Assembly (NCBI GenBank): GCA_963793265.1
Contig: CAWBZI010000001.1
Location: 896,001 to 960,000, forward strand
Origin: an uncultured cyanobacterium
GTDB taxonomy: Bacteria > Cyanobacteriota > Cyanobacteriia > Phormidesmidales > Phormidesmidaceae
Reading direction: 5' to 3'
DNA: 64,000 nt
The notes under the pieces are model-generated. The model had not been told where the DNA came from. It saw only the letters and a program-made list of their open reading frames with translations, and did no database searches. The position numbers were made by a program, and so were the translations under genes. Of the stretch, positions 21,807-31,063 are shown piece after piece (positions within the stretch are counted from its first letter, which is position 1; every line of letters begins with the position of its first letter).

Positions 21807-22157
21807 TTACTGCTCTGCGCCTTGAAATACCGCTGCAAAACCATCGCCAGCTTGAACTCTCGCCGCCATCTTTTCCAGGTCTAGACGCTTGAGCTGACTG
21901 ATATCCACAGACTGCTGTGCTAACCACAAACGATACTTCGCATCGACGGCTAGAAACACTTCGGCATTACCGCCCAACACAGCCGTTATCTTAAGCGCCA
22001 TTTCCGGGCTAAGTCCGATCTTTCCGTTCAAAATCCGTGTAATCGTCGAAGGTGATACACCTACCTGCTCAGCTAAGAAGCTCGCTGAAATACCGGCTGG
22101 CTCCATGTAATCTTCTTCGAGAATTTCTCCTACAGATACAGGCGTTTTTAATGACAT
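21807..22157 (-). CDS. higA: HigA-family antitoxin
   Basis: GEILEEDYMEP, HTH (GVSPSTITRILNGK), SPEMALK; follows the toxin gene. Confidence 0.88.
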   Translation of the reverse strand: MSLKTPVSVGEILEEDYMEPAGISASFLAEQVGVSPSTITRILNGKIGLSPEMALKITAVLGGNAEVFLAVDAKYRLWLAQQSVDISQLKRLDLEKMAARVQAGDGFAAVFQGAEQ

Positions 22158-22169
22158 AGGTTCTTATCT

Positions 22170-22460
22170 CTAGTGAATCGCGTCGGTGTACTCAATCTCA
22201 TAGACGTTTCCGTCTTTGTACACAAAAAGCAAGCGGTAGTTTCCACTCACTCGTATCTCCCAACAATCAGCTCGGCCCTTAAACGGCTTGAGATTAAAGC
22301 CAGGTGAGCCAAACGTTTCTAGCATCTTCCCTTTGCTATCAGCTTCGTTCAGCAGCGTCAGAATTCGGTCTATTTTCTTAGCGGCTTTAATCGGCAACTT
22401 TAGCGGCTTGTCTTTCTCCCAGAAGTTAGCCAGTCTTTTGTCGGAGAATGTTCTAATCAT
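22170..22460 (-). CDS. higB: HigB-family toxin
   Basis: MIRTFSDKRL, PGFNL..KG, WEIRVSGNYRLLF, C-terminal His. Confidence 0.85.
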   Translation of the reverse strand: MIRTFSDKRLANFWEKDKPLKLPIKAAKKIDRILTLLNEADSKGKMLETFGSPGFNLKPFKGRADCWEIRVSGNYRLLFVYKDGNVYEIEYTDAIH

Positions 22461-22565
22461 ACTTTGCGTTTTGCGTTTTGCGCATTATGCACACTCACAA
22501 GGTACACCATTGGTTCATCTTCTCCTAGACATAATTAGCAGCGGATCTTCGATTACCTCACAACA

Positions 22566-22604
22566 CAAAAATCAGGTGCCTGATCTTGATTAAGATTAGG
22601 CACC
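22566..22604 (-). terminator. Terminator after the PEP-CTERM gene
   Basis: Stem GGTGCCT(A/G)ATCTT / AAGATCAGGCACC followed by TGATTTTTG on the minus strand. Confidence 0.65.
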
Positions 22605-22656
22605 CAAAGTCGGTATTCAAAGTGTTGGTATAGCGTCTACAAACTGTATGGCTAAC

Positions 22657-23583
22657 TTATACAGTTTGACGGCGACGGCTGCGAAGCGCGATCGCACCAA
22701 AGCCGATCAAGGCCATTACCGTAGCAGGTTCAGGCACTTTAGCAGTTGCCAGTCCAACTAGGCGAGTATTACCATCGCCAATCGCGCTGAGGCTTGTGGC
22801 CTCACCCGTTGCCAGATTCACGCCATAGAACATGCCGCCCGAGGTTGCATAGGCTATGTTATCGCCTGCGCTCATTGAGAGAATGTCGAAGCCGCCAACG
22901 TCATCAAAGTCGAAGCCGAGTGCGCCGATGGTGTTGAGCCCGCCCGCGTTGGGTGGGTTTTGTAGCACTAGCGTGTCTTGGGCAAAATCGATGCCGTAGA
23001 GCTGAGTGCTACGGCCTGCGGGCGCGCCAGGGAAAGAGTTGGTGTAGCCGACTGCGGTGATGTTGGGATCTACACCAGCGTTGATATCGTCTGCAACGTA
23101 GGCCAGGGTGCCGTCAGGTTGAACGCCGGGCGTGTCGGCGTCAAAGTCAGCGATCGCACCCGTATCTACATTAATGCGAAAGTTTTGGTCGTTAGCCCCT
23201 TCAAGGCGGAGGCGATCGGCAGCAGGGTTAAAGTCAAAGCCTGAAAGCTGACCACCGTTGAAAGAAAGCGGTGAAAGCGTACTTTCTAACGTTGCCATGC
23301 CTGTAGATGTGTCAATCGTATAGATGGCATCTGTATCAGAGATCGAGTAGAGCTTGCCATTAGCAGGGCGAAAATCAATGCCTAAAAGCGTTCCGTCAAC
23401 GCCGCTGACGGCAACTGAGTTGGTTTTGGTAGGGTCGGCCAAATCAAATGACAATAGCGTGTTGCTATCAGTCAGACCAAACGCCCGGATAGTTGCGGCT
23501 GAAGCCGAAGAGATACCGGAGAGGAGCGCAGCCGCAGAAGTCGCTGCTGACAGTAGTATGAGCGCTATCTTATTCATTTTCAT
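22657..23583 (-). CDS. Secreted DUF4394-domain protein with PEP-CTERM sorting signal
   Basis: Signal peptide from ATG 23583; GIDFRPANGKLY, GFDFNPAADRLR, QNPPNAG; C-terminal VPEP-TM-RRRQ. Confidence 0.88.
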   Translation of the reverse strand: MKMNKIALILLSAATSAAALLSGISSASAATIRAFGLTDSNTLLSFDLADPTKTNSVAVSGVDGTLLGIDFRPANGKLYSISDTDAIYTIDTSTGMATLESTLSPLSFNGGQLSGFDFNPAADRLRLEGANDQNFRINVDTGAIADFDADTPGVQPDGTLAYVADDINAGVDPNITAVGYTNSFPGAPAGRSTQLYGIDFAQDTLVLQNPPNAGGLNTIGALGFDFDDVGGFDILSMSAGDNIAYATSGGMFYGVNLATGEATSLSAIGDGNTRLVGLATAKVPEPATVMALIGFGAIALRSRRRQTV

Positions 23584-23718
23584 AATTTTGTGCGTTTCGT
23601 AGGATTTGAATAGTGAGTGTTTTAAGAACACTTGCGATCTCAGCTAAAGGGAGATTGCATATTCAGTACGAATCCGAGAAAGTACTGGTTCTAAACCAGC
23701 CCCTTCTTCACAGTAAGT

Positions 23719-24951
23719 TCATCGTTCTTTTGATAGCACCTGCTCGTATCGACGACCTGCGATCGCCCACGTAAACTCCTCTTCAATAAACCGCCGCCCG
23801 TTCTGCGAGAGCGTTTGCCTCAGCTCAGCCGAATCAAAAAGCTGCGCGATCGCCCGCACATAGTCCTCAATCGCATTGGCTCGCAATGCCCGTAGCGGCA
23901 CCGTGCCATCATCTACCGTTAAGCCTTCTAAGCCGCGATCGCTCGCCACCACCGGAATCCCCGCCGCCATCGCCTCTAGCGTCTTATTTTTGATGCCATA
24001 TCCCGTCCGCATCGGCACCACACACACCGTTGACTCATGCAGATAAGGCGTCATCTCCGGCACTTTGCCCGTCACCGTCACATTCTCAATTTCGCCTAAA
24101 GCTTTGACCGCAGCGCCGGGCCGAGCACCTACCAAAGAGAGCGTCGCCTGTGGGTAGCGATGGCGCACTAAAGGAAAAATGTCTCTGGCTAAAAAGGTTA
24201 CAGAGTCAATGTTGGGCAGATTGTCCATTGCACCGATAAACACCAGGCTATAGCCGCTCGGATCTTGGGGGCGCATGGGAAATAGCGTGAGATCTACGCC
24301 GTTAGGGATGATAGCGATGTTGGAGTTGCCGCTCAGCTTAGCCATTTGCGTTTGGTCTTCGGCGGTGGTGACGACGAGGTTTGAGAATTTTTGGCAGTAG
24401 TTTTTTTCGTAGCGTTTGAGTAGCGGGAGGTTGAGGCGATCGCGCCAGGGCTTCTCAGCCGTCCCTCCTGCTAGCTGATGCGCGCAAGTTCCATACACCG
24501 AACTATGAATATTCACCACAGAAATAGGAATATGTCGCCCCACATCCGCTGGCACATACGACTCATTAACGCTGTGCTCACAGGTAATCACATCAAATTG
24601 CCCGCTCTCAATTTTGCCATTCACCCAGCGCTGCATTTCCTCTGAATGCATCCCACTCACGCTCGGCGGTACACCGTCTACCGCAAACTTTACCAAGCGC
24701 TGCCCTTTGCCTAATAGGCCAGAATCTTTGCTACTAGAAGGTCTTTGAAAAACAGCCAGCTCATTCACCCATTCTTCAAGCGCTGCAACCTCCGCGTCCG
24801 ATACATCACCACCGCGCAGCGTTGCCAACGAAATTTGATGCCCTTGCTGCTTGAGATATTTGAGCAAATTAAACGTTCTCACCGAAGTACCGCCCCGCGT
24901 CGGCGGATACGGAAACGTGGCGGAAAGCATCAAAATATTCATAGCAGGCAT
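23719..24951 (-). CDS. Glycosyltransferase family 4
   Basis: FPYPPTRGG, IPNGVD, GIKNKTLEAMAAGIPVV. Confidence 0.92.
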   Translation of the reverse strand: MPAMNILMLSATFPYPPTRGGTSVRTFNLLKYLKQQGHQISLATLRGGDVSDAEVAALEEWVNELAVFQRPSSSKDSGLLGKGQRLVKFAVDGVPPSVSGMHSEEMQRWVNGKIESGQFDVITCEHSVNESYVPADVGRHIPISVVNIHSSVYGTCAHQLAGGTAEKPWRDRLNLPLLKRYEKNYCQKFSNLVVTTAEDQTQMAKLSGNSNIAIIPNGVDLTLFPMRPQDPSGYSLVFIGAMDNLPNIDSVTFLARDIFPLVRHRYPQATLSLVGARPGAAVKALGEIENVTVTGKVPEMTPYLHESTVCVVPMRTGYGIKNKTLEAMAAGIPVVASDRGLEGLTVDDGTVPLRALRANAIEDYVRAIAQLFDSAELRQTLSQNGRRFIEEEFTWAIAGRRYEQVLSKER

Positions 24952-25949
24952 TATTCAGTGACGGGATGCAGCGCGGGTAAATAGGCTTTTTGCCGAGCGT
25001 TTTCAGGCAGCTTGGCTTCCTTTTGTCCCAAGTCGCGAGCGCGAGCACAGTAGATATCAAGTGGCGAAATCAGCATATCGATAGCCGGGCCTTTGGCTAA
25101 AGCGCGAGCGGCAGCGGCTTTAGGAAAATCTTTAAGCGCCCAGCGCAATAGGCTGCGGTTGCGTTCTCTAGTCGGTAACGGCCAGGCCAAATCGATGCCG
25201 TGCAGCTCATGTAGATAGCGGTTGGATTTACCGTAGCGGTACCATTGGCTGTGCAAATCTTTGAGCGTTTGCCGGTGCCGGTGCTGAATGGTCGCCTTGG
25301 GTGCGTAGTGAATTTTCCAGTCGCTTTCTCGCTGCACACGCCAGCAGATATCAGCGTCGCCGCCGGTTGTAAGATACGGGCGAAATAGCCCTACGGCCTC
25401 TAGCGCTTTTTTACGAATGGCCAAATTAGCCGTTTGACCGTAGGGGCAAAACTTATGAGCCAGTGTGTCTTGTTGGCTCATGATATGTTTGCGGTCGGCG
25501 TAGCTCTCTAGCAGGGTAGTGCCAGGGAAGGCGACGATTTCGCCTGCAACGAGGCCGATGGTTTTATCTTGAAAAGGTTGGATTAAATAGGTGAGCCAGT
25601 CGGGCTGTGGGTAGCAGTCGGCGTCGGTAAAGGCTAGAAACTCGCCGGTAGCTGCGCGGATGCCAGTGTTGCGAGCGGCGTAGGCACTTTGGATGTCGCG
25701 TTCGTTGAGGATTTTGAGGGTGAGGTTCTGGGCGGTGAAGGTGGCAGCGGCGGCGGCTAGGAGTTGGGGGGTGCGATCGCAACTCCCATTATCCACCAGC
25801 AAATACTCCACCCGATCAGCCGGGTACGTCTGCCCCATCAGGCACTCTAGCAGCCCTGGCAAATCCTGCTCGCCATTGTAAATAGGCACAATGACCGAAA
25901 CCGTGGGGAAGTATGAAGCGGAGATATCCGCGCTCGTTACGGTAGCCAT
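24951..25949 (-). CDS. Glycosyltransferase family 2
   Basis: VSVIVPIYN, VDNGSCD, ARNTG, FTDAD; stop overlaps the GT4 start. Confidence 0.92.
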   Translation of the reverse strand: MATVTSADISASYFPTVSVIVPIYNGEQDLPGLLECLMGQTYPADRVEYLLVDNGSCDRTPQLLAAAAATFTAQNLTLKILNERDIQSAYAARNTGIRAATGEFLAFTDADCYPQPDWLTYLIQPFQDKTIGLVAGEIVAFPGTTLLESYADRKHIMSQQDTLAHKFCPYGQTANLAIRKKALEAVGLFRPYLTTGGDADICWRVQRESDWKIHYAPKATIQHRHRQTLKDLHSQWYRYGKSNRYLHELHGIDLAWPLPTRERNRSLLRWALKDFPKAAAARALAKGPAIDMLISPLDIYCARARDLGQKEAKLPENARQKAYLPALHPVTE

Positions 25950-26124
25950 TGCAGGGTAAAAAAGAACGAATCAACAAATGTTATATCAATGTGATCGTGA
26001 CAGCTTTGCTGATATTCGCTAACGCAAACTGAATAATCTTCAAGATATCCTTATGGAATCTAGCTTGCCCAAGAGAAATACTCATATCTAAATAAGTTAA
26101 TTCGTCCTTCTACCCTTCGCACCT

Positions 26125-27138
26125 GTGCTTAACGACTCTACTGCTACACCCAAAGTTAGTATCTGCGTACCTACCTACAACCGCGCCGCTATTTTGCCCT
26201 ACGCAGTCGAAAGCGTTTTGAGCCAAACCTATCCAGACTTTGAACTACTCATCTGCGACGACGCCTCACCTGACAATACCGCTGAAGTCGTCAGTCAGTG
26301 GTCAGATCCGCGCATTCGCTACATCCGCCATCCGCAAAACATCAAGCGCAGCCGCAACATGCGCTCAGGCTATGAAGCAGCAGCAGGCGAGTACTTCATC
26401 AAGTTCGATGACGACGACGCCCTGACGCCTACTTTTTTAGAAAAAGCCGTTGCCGTTCTCGACGCACAGCCCGAGGTAGATTTCGTCTGCACCGACCACT
26501 GGATTATCAACGCCCGCAATGAGCGTGATGAAGAAGCAACGGCTGCAAACTCGGCAAAATGGGGCAAAGACCGCCTGAGACACGGCGTTATTGATGACTT
26601 AGTTGAAGAAACTTTTTTGCACCAAAGCTTACAGGTCGGCTCCTCGCTGTTTCGCAAAAGCAGCTTAGAAGCTGTGGACTTCATGCGTTTTGAGGCAGAC
26701 GGCTGTGAGGACTTCGATCTTTTAGTTCGCTGCGCTTTGGCCGATCAAACCGCGTATTTTATTCCTGAACGGCTGATGGAATATCGCTTTCATGGCGGTC
26801 AAACGAGCCTTAAGCAAGACATTCATTTCCTCACGGCCAAGTCGTTTTGTCTGGACAGCTATCGTTTTTCTCATCGGCCTGCGCTAGAAGCAGCGCGTAT
26901 CAATAAGCTCAATGGGCTTAAGCAGGTGTTGGCAATGCGCCTGATAGAAAAGGGTGAAGCTCAGCGCGGACGGCAGCTTATTCAAGAGCTTAAGACGGCA
27001 GGGGCACTTTCTAATCGAGCCAAAGTAGGACAAATGCTATCGTACTTACCAAGTTGGATTAGGCAGCTTGCTTTTCAGGGGTTCCGCCAGGTTCGGCCCA
27101 AAGACTACAGCGAGAAAGTACGTAATGCCGCAGGATAA
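26125..27138 (+). CDS. Glycosyltransferase family 2
   Basis: VSICVPTYNR, CDDASPD, KFDDDD, EDFDL. Confidence 0.92.
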   Translation: MLNDSTATPKVSICVPTYNRAAILPYAVESVLSQTYPDFELLICDDASPDNTAEVVSQWSDPRIRYIRHPQNIKRSRNMRSGYEAAAGEYFIKFDDDDALTPTFLEKAVAVLDAQPEVDFVCTDHWIINARNERDEEATAANSAKWGKDRLRHGVIDDLVEETFLHQSLQVGSSLFRKSSLEAVDFMRFEADGCEDFDLLVRCALADQTAYFIPERLMEYRFHGGQTSLKQDIHFLTAKSFCLDSYRFSHRPALEAARINKLNGLKQVLAMRLIEKGEAQRGRQLIQELKTAGALSNRAKVGQMLSYLPSWIRQLAFQGFRQVRPKDYSEKVRNAAG

Positions 27139-28108
27139 GCCTTCTCAAAAAGAATCTAGCCGCAAACCTTGGAAGTTCCCCTGGAAACTGGGCGGGCTTC
27201 TGATGCTCCTTGCAGTAAACCTCGCTTGGATCGGCCTGGGCAAATGGGAGAAAACCGTTTCAGCCTCAGAAGATTCGATTCAAGCTTTGAAGAATGTGAG
27301 TGCAAAAGAAGTAACCGAAGAACCCGCCGATAGATACGTTTATCGAGATAGCGATCACACGTATGAACTGCCGAAGGCGACTGTGCATGTGGTGAGCGCA
27401 TCGCCCGCTGACTCCGTTTCGATAGCGATCGCAGATGAGCTAATGACCGTCGAAGCATTTGCTCAGGAAATACCAGGCGCTATAGCGGTTATCAACGGTG
27501 GCTTCTTCGATCCTAACAACGGTAAAACCACGTCTCACCTCATTAGCCAGGGCCAGGTTGCAGGCGATCCAGAAGAGAACGAGGGACTCACAGGTAACCC
27601 CCGGCTGCAAGCCTTTCTTCCCCAAATCTTTAACCGCTCAGAGTTTCGGGTTTATAACTGCCCGCTGGCAGATAGATCTAGCCCGTACGACATCACCTTC
27701 CATGACGCGCCTGTGCCAGAGGGTTGCAAAATTGAAAGTGCGATTGGGGCTGGCCCGCAGCTATTGCCCGCCGATACGAGTGAAGCTGAGGCATTTACGG
27801 CCTATGAAAATGATGAGCTGGTGCGAGATGCAATCGGCAGCGTGCATCCGAATGCTAGAAGCGCATTAGCCCTTTATCCAGACGGTGGGCTTTCGCTGAT
27901 CATGGTAGCCCAGCGCCTCGATGCTCCTGGCCTAACGCTAGCCGAGCTTACAGAATTTGCCTCTACTCTAGGTGCGAGCCAGCTTCTTAACTTGGACGGT
28001 GGCAGCTCGTCCTCTTTGTATTACAACGGACAAACGCATCTAGCCCGATTAGATGCTGAAGGCAATCCCATTCAACGCTCGGTAAAGTCCGTCATCGTAA
28101 TCGAATAG
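27125..28108 (+). CDS. Phosphodiester glycosidase (NAGPA/EpsL-like) family protein
   Basis: INGGFFD, GAGPQL, ARSA, NLDGGSSS; N-terminal TM; ATG 27125 overlaps the GT2 stop. Confidence 0.85.
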   Translation: MPQDKPSQKESSRKPWKFPWKLGGLLMLLAVNLAWIGLGKWEKTVSASEDSIQALKNVSAKEVTEEPADRYVYRDSDHTYELPKATVHVVSASPADSVSIAIADELMTVEAFAQEIPGAIAVINGGFFDPNNGKTTSHLISQGQVAGDPEENEGLTGNPRLQAFLPQIFNRSEFRVYNCPLADRSSPYDITFHDAPVPEGCKIESAIGAGPQLLPADTSEAEAFTAYENDELVRDAIGSVHPNARSALALYPDGGLSLIMVAQRLDAPGLTLAELTEFASTLGASQLLNLDGGSSSSLYYNGQTHLARLDAEGNPIQRSVKSVIVIE

Positions 28109-28132
28109 GTGATCAATATAGCGATCGGCTAA

Positions 28133-28798
28133 CTAAGGGTGTACCCAGTGTTCCATCTGAGATACAAACGGCCCAGCGCCGACTAATGCACCGACATAAT
28201 TTTCTGGCATAGGCACCACGTCTAAATACCATCCTTCTGGGCAGTCAATTGGGACGCTCGCCAACCGAGGCGGACTTAGCTGCACCTCAACCGTCTGCAT
28301 CGACTGCGTTAGGCCCAATCCAATCGCCTTTAAGTAAGCCTCTTTGCAAGTCCATCGCTGCAAAAAAGCCTGAAGCTGCTCGCTAGATGGCATCGATTTC
28401 ACCTGCGCTAGCTCACCCGAAGACAGGCAGCGTTCCATCATGCCGTCTAGCCGCTGAATCGTTTTTAGCCGTTCAATATCGATGCCCACTTGCCTGTGAT
28501 GTCCTAAAACGCACAGGGCGATTTCGCCTGAGTGAGAGAGGTTGAAATAAACGCCATCGATGCTGGGTTTGCCGTATTTGCCGTATGAAAAGGTGATTGA
28601 TTGGGGCGATCGCACCAAAGCCTGCCCTAGCAAATGCCGCAACGTCCCTCTAGCAACCACATACCGCCTTTTATCATCAGCAAACTTGAAACGGTTAGCC
28701 CTGGACTTTTCGTCTGATGAAAGACACGTAAAGTAGGCACTAACGGTATTTTCGGACACCTGTAGCGGAATCTGCCATACCTGAACCACCTCGCTCAT
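28133..28798 (-). CDS. Sfp/HetI-type 4'-phosphopantetheinyl transferase
   Basis: YGKP, FNLSHS, VGIDIE, WTCKEAYLKAIG. Confidence 0.95.
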   Translation of the reverse strand: MSEVVQVWQIPLQVSENTVSAYFTCLSSDEKSRANRFKFADDKRRYVVARGTLRHLLGQALVRSPQSITFSYGKYGKPSIDGVYFNLSHSGEIALCVLGHHRQVGIDIERLKTIQRLDGMMERCLSSGELAQVKSMPSSEQLQAFLQRWTCKEAYLKAIGLGLTQSMQTVEVQLSPPRLASVPIDCPEGWYLDVVPMPENYVGALVGAGPFVSQMEHWVHP

Positions 28799-29157
28799 CT
28801 ACCGCTCCGACCCGTCCGTCATGGGTAGGTAAATTTTATTCATAAAGTAAACGCAAAATGTTGTTGTTTGTGTAAAGAGAGCAGACGGAGGTGATTATAC
28901 CTAGAGCAGTGTGCCAGTATTCTTCCTGAGAAGGTCGGCAAATTAAGTCACTAAATACGCTTAATTTGGTCAATTCTTCGGAAGCCAGTCGTCAAGTATC
29001 TGAAACTGACTCCAAGCTTAGCCTCAAAATATATCTAAAAATGCTCCGAAGCTAAGAACGAGCGCTAACCTCTCCGTAAATCGCCCTATTTACGACGGTT
29101 TAACCCAAACGCCCGTAGCTTCACTGATACATAATTGCTACTTTTTCGGCATCAGCA

Positions 29158-31050
29158 ATGGTTTATTCTCCACCTAAACATAGTCAAATAACGACACCTA
29201 AAAGTGTCGATACACATACGAACGAAACGCAGGGCACCCAGTTTTCTACGCTGGTAGAGCTACTTCAATATCGAGCAAAAACGCAGCCAAATGATTTGGC
29301 CTATCAGTTTTTGGTTGACGGTAAGAAAGCAGGTGCGGCTTACACCTATGCAGAATTAGATGAGCAGGCACGGGCGATCGCAGCCCTCCTCCAGCAGCAA
29401 AACGCCAAAGGCGATCGCGCCCTCCTCCTCTACCCACAGGGCATAGAAGTCGTCGCGGCCTTTTGCGGCTGTCTCTATGCAGGCGTCATCGCCATCCCCG
29501 TGCCGCCCCCCGATGCAGGCCGCATGAAGCGCACCCTTCCCCGCCTGCGCGAAATCATCAAAGATGCTAAAGCCACCATCGTTCTTAGCAACGACCGCAT
29601 CATTGAGCTGATTAAAGGCTCTGACGTTGAACTTCCTGAAGGGGATAACAAACTCGACAATATGCACTGGATCGACACCGAAGCAGTCGATCTGTCGCTA
29701 GCGCAGGAGTGGAAAGATCCTGAAGTCAATAAAGACGTATTAGCCTATCTGCAATACACATCAGGCTCTACCTCAACGCCCAAAGGCGTGATGCTCAGCC
29801 ACTACAACCTGCTGCACCACTCCGACTACCTGAAACGTGGCTGCGGCTACAAGTCTGATGGCCCCACCGTCACCTGGATGCCTTACTTCCACGATTACGG
29901 CCTCGTCGAAGGACTTATGCAGCCGCTTTACAACGGCGCGCCCTGCTACATCATGGCTCCGCTGGCCTTTGTAAAAAGACCTTTACGCTGGCTGCAAGCA
30001 ATTCAAAAGTACGGTGCAACCCATAGCCAGGCTCCCAACTTTGCCTATGAGCTGTGCATAAAGCGAATCAAACCCGCTAAGCGTGAAGGGCTAAACCTCA
30101 GCGGTTGGCTCAGCGCCGGAAATGCCGCCGAGCCGATCAACCCTCGGGTCATGCGCGAATTTCATGAGGCTTTTGCTGACTACGGGTTTAAGTGGGAGAG
30201 CTTTTCGCCCGCCTACGGATTAGCGGAAGCAACGCTGCTGGTTTCTTCTACGCCTGTCGGAGAAGCGCCCGTCATTCTGTCTTTAGAAGCAAGCGAACTT
30301 GAGAAAGGTCGAATTGCGTTAGCCGGGCCTGAGTCTAGCTACATTCGCGAAGCTGTGAGCTGTGGCGCTTTGGTCTGTGAAACTGAGGTTGCCATTGTCA
30401 ATCCTGATGCGCTGACGCGATGCGCTGACGATGAGGTCGGTGAGATTTGGGTGAATGACCCTGGTGTAGCGCATGGTTACTGGCAGCGGCCTACAGCAAC
30501 TAGAGAAACGTTTGAGGCTCAGATTGCTGATGAAGGCGCGACTCGCTACCTGCGTACGGGCGACCTGGGCTTTATTAAAGACGGCAACTTGTATATTACA
30601 GGCCGCATTAAAGACTTAATTATTATTCGCGGCACAAATCACTATCCCCAAGATATTGAGTGGACGGTGCAGCAGGCTGATGCAGCAATGCGGCCTGACT
30701 ATGGCGCTTGTTTTTCGATTATTGAGGATGGGGAGGAGCGGCTGGTCGTGGTGCAGGAGGTGGAGCGATCGCTACAAAAAACCCTCAATGCCGAAAACAC
30801 CATCACCGAAATTCGCCAGGCAATCTCCGAAGCCCATGAGCTTCAGGTATACGCTGTGGCCCTCGTAAAGTCCGGTAACGTGCTCAAAACCTCCAGCGGC
30901 AAAATTCAGCGCCGCAAATGTAAGGCCAGCTTTTTAGCAGGCGAACTAGAGGTAGTTGCCGACTGGAGTGAGAACCCGAGCCTGACCGCCAAGGTTCGGA
31001 ACTTGACTCACGAAGTCGAGTCATTAGCGCAAACGTTAGCAAGTAAATAG
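29158..31050 (+). CDS. Fatty acyl-AMP ligase (FAAL)
   Basis: YLQYTSGSTSTPKGV, SQAPNFAY, AYGLAEATL, FAAL-type insertion, YLRTGDLGF, NHYPQDIE, KTSSGKIQR. Confidence 0.92.
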   Translation: MVYSPPKHSQITTPKSVDTHTNETQGTQFSTLVELLQYRAKTQPNDLAYQFLVDGKKAGAAYTYAELDEQARAIAALLQQQNAKGDRALLLYPQGIEVVAAFCGCLYAGVIAIPVPPPDAGRMKRTLPRLREIIKDAKATIVLSNDRIIELIKGSDVELPEGDNKLDNMHWIDTEAVDLSLAQEWKDPEVNKDVLAYLQYTSGSTSTPKGVMLSHYNLLHHSDYLKRGCGYKSDGPTVTWMPYFHDYGLVEGLMQPLYNGAPCYIMAPLAFVKRPLRWLQAIQKYGATHSQAPNFAYELCIKRIKPAKREGLNLSGWLSAGNAAEPINPRVMREFHEAFADYGFKWESFSPAYGLAEATLLVSSTPVGEAPVILSLEASELEKGRIALAGPESSYIREAVSCGALVCETEVAIVNPDALTRCADDEVGEIWVNDPGVAHGYWQRPTATRETFEAQIADEGATRYLRTGDLGFIKDGNLYITGRIKDLIIIRGTNHYPQDIEWTVQQADAAMRPDYGACFSIIEDGEERLVVVQEVERSLQKTLNAENTITEIRQAISEAHELQVYAVALVKSGNVLKTSSGKIQRRKCKASFLAGELEVVADWSENPSLTAKVRNLTHEVESLAQTLASK

Positions 31051-31063
31051 GAGGGATACAGCC

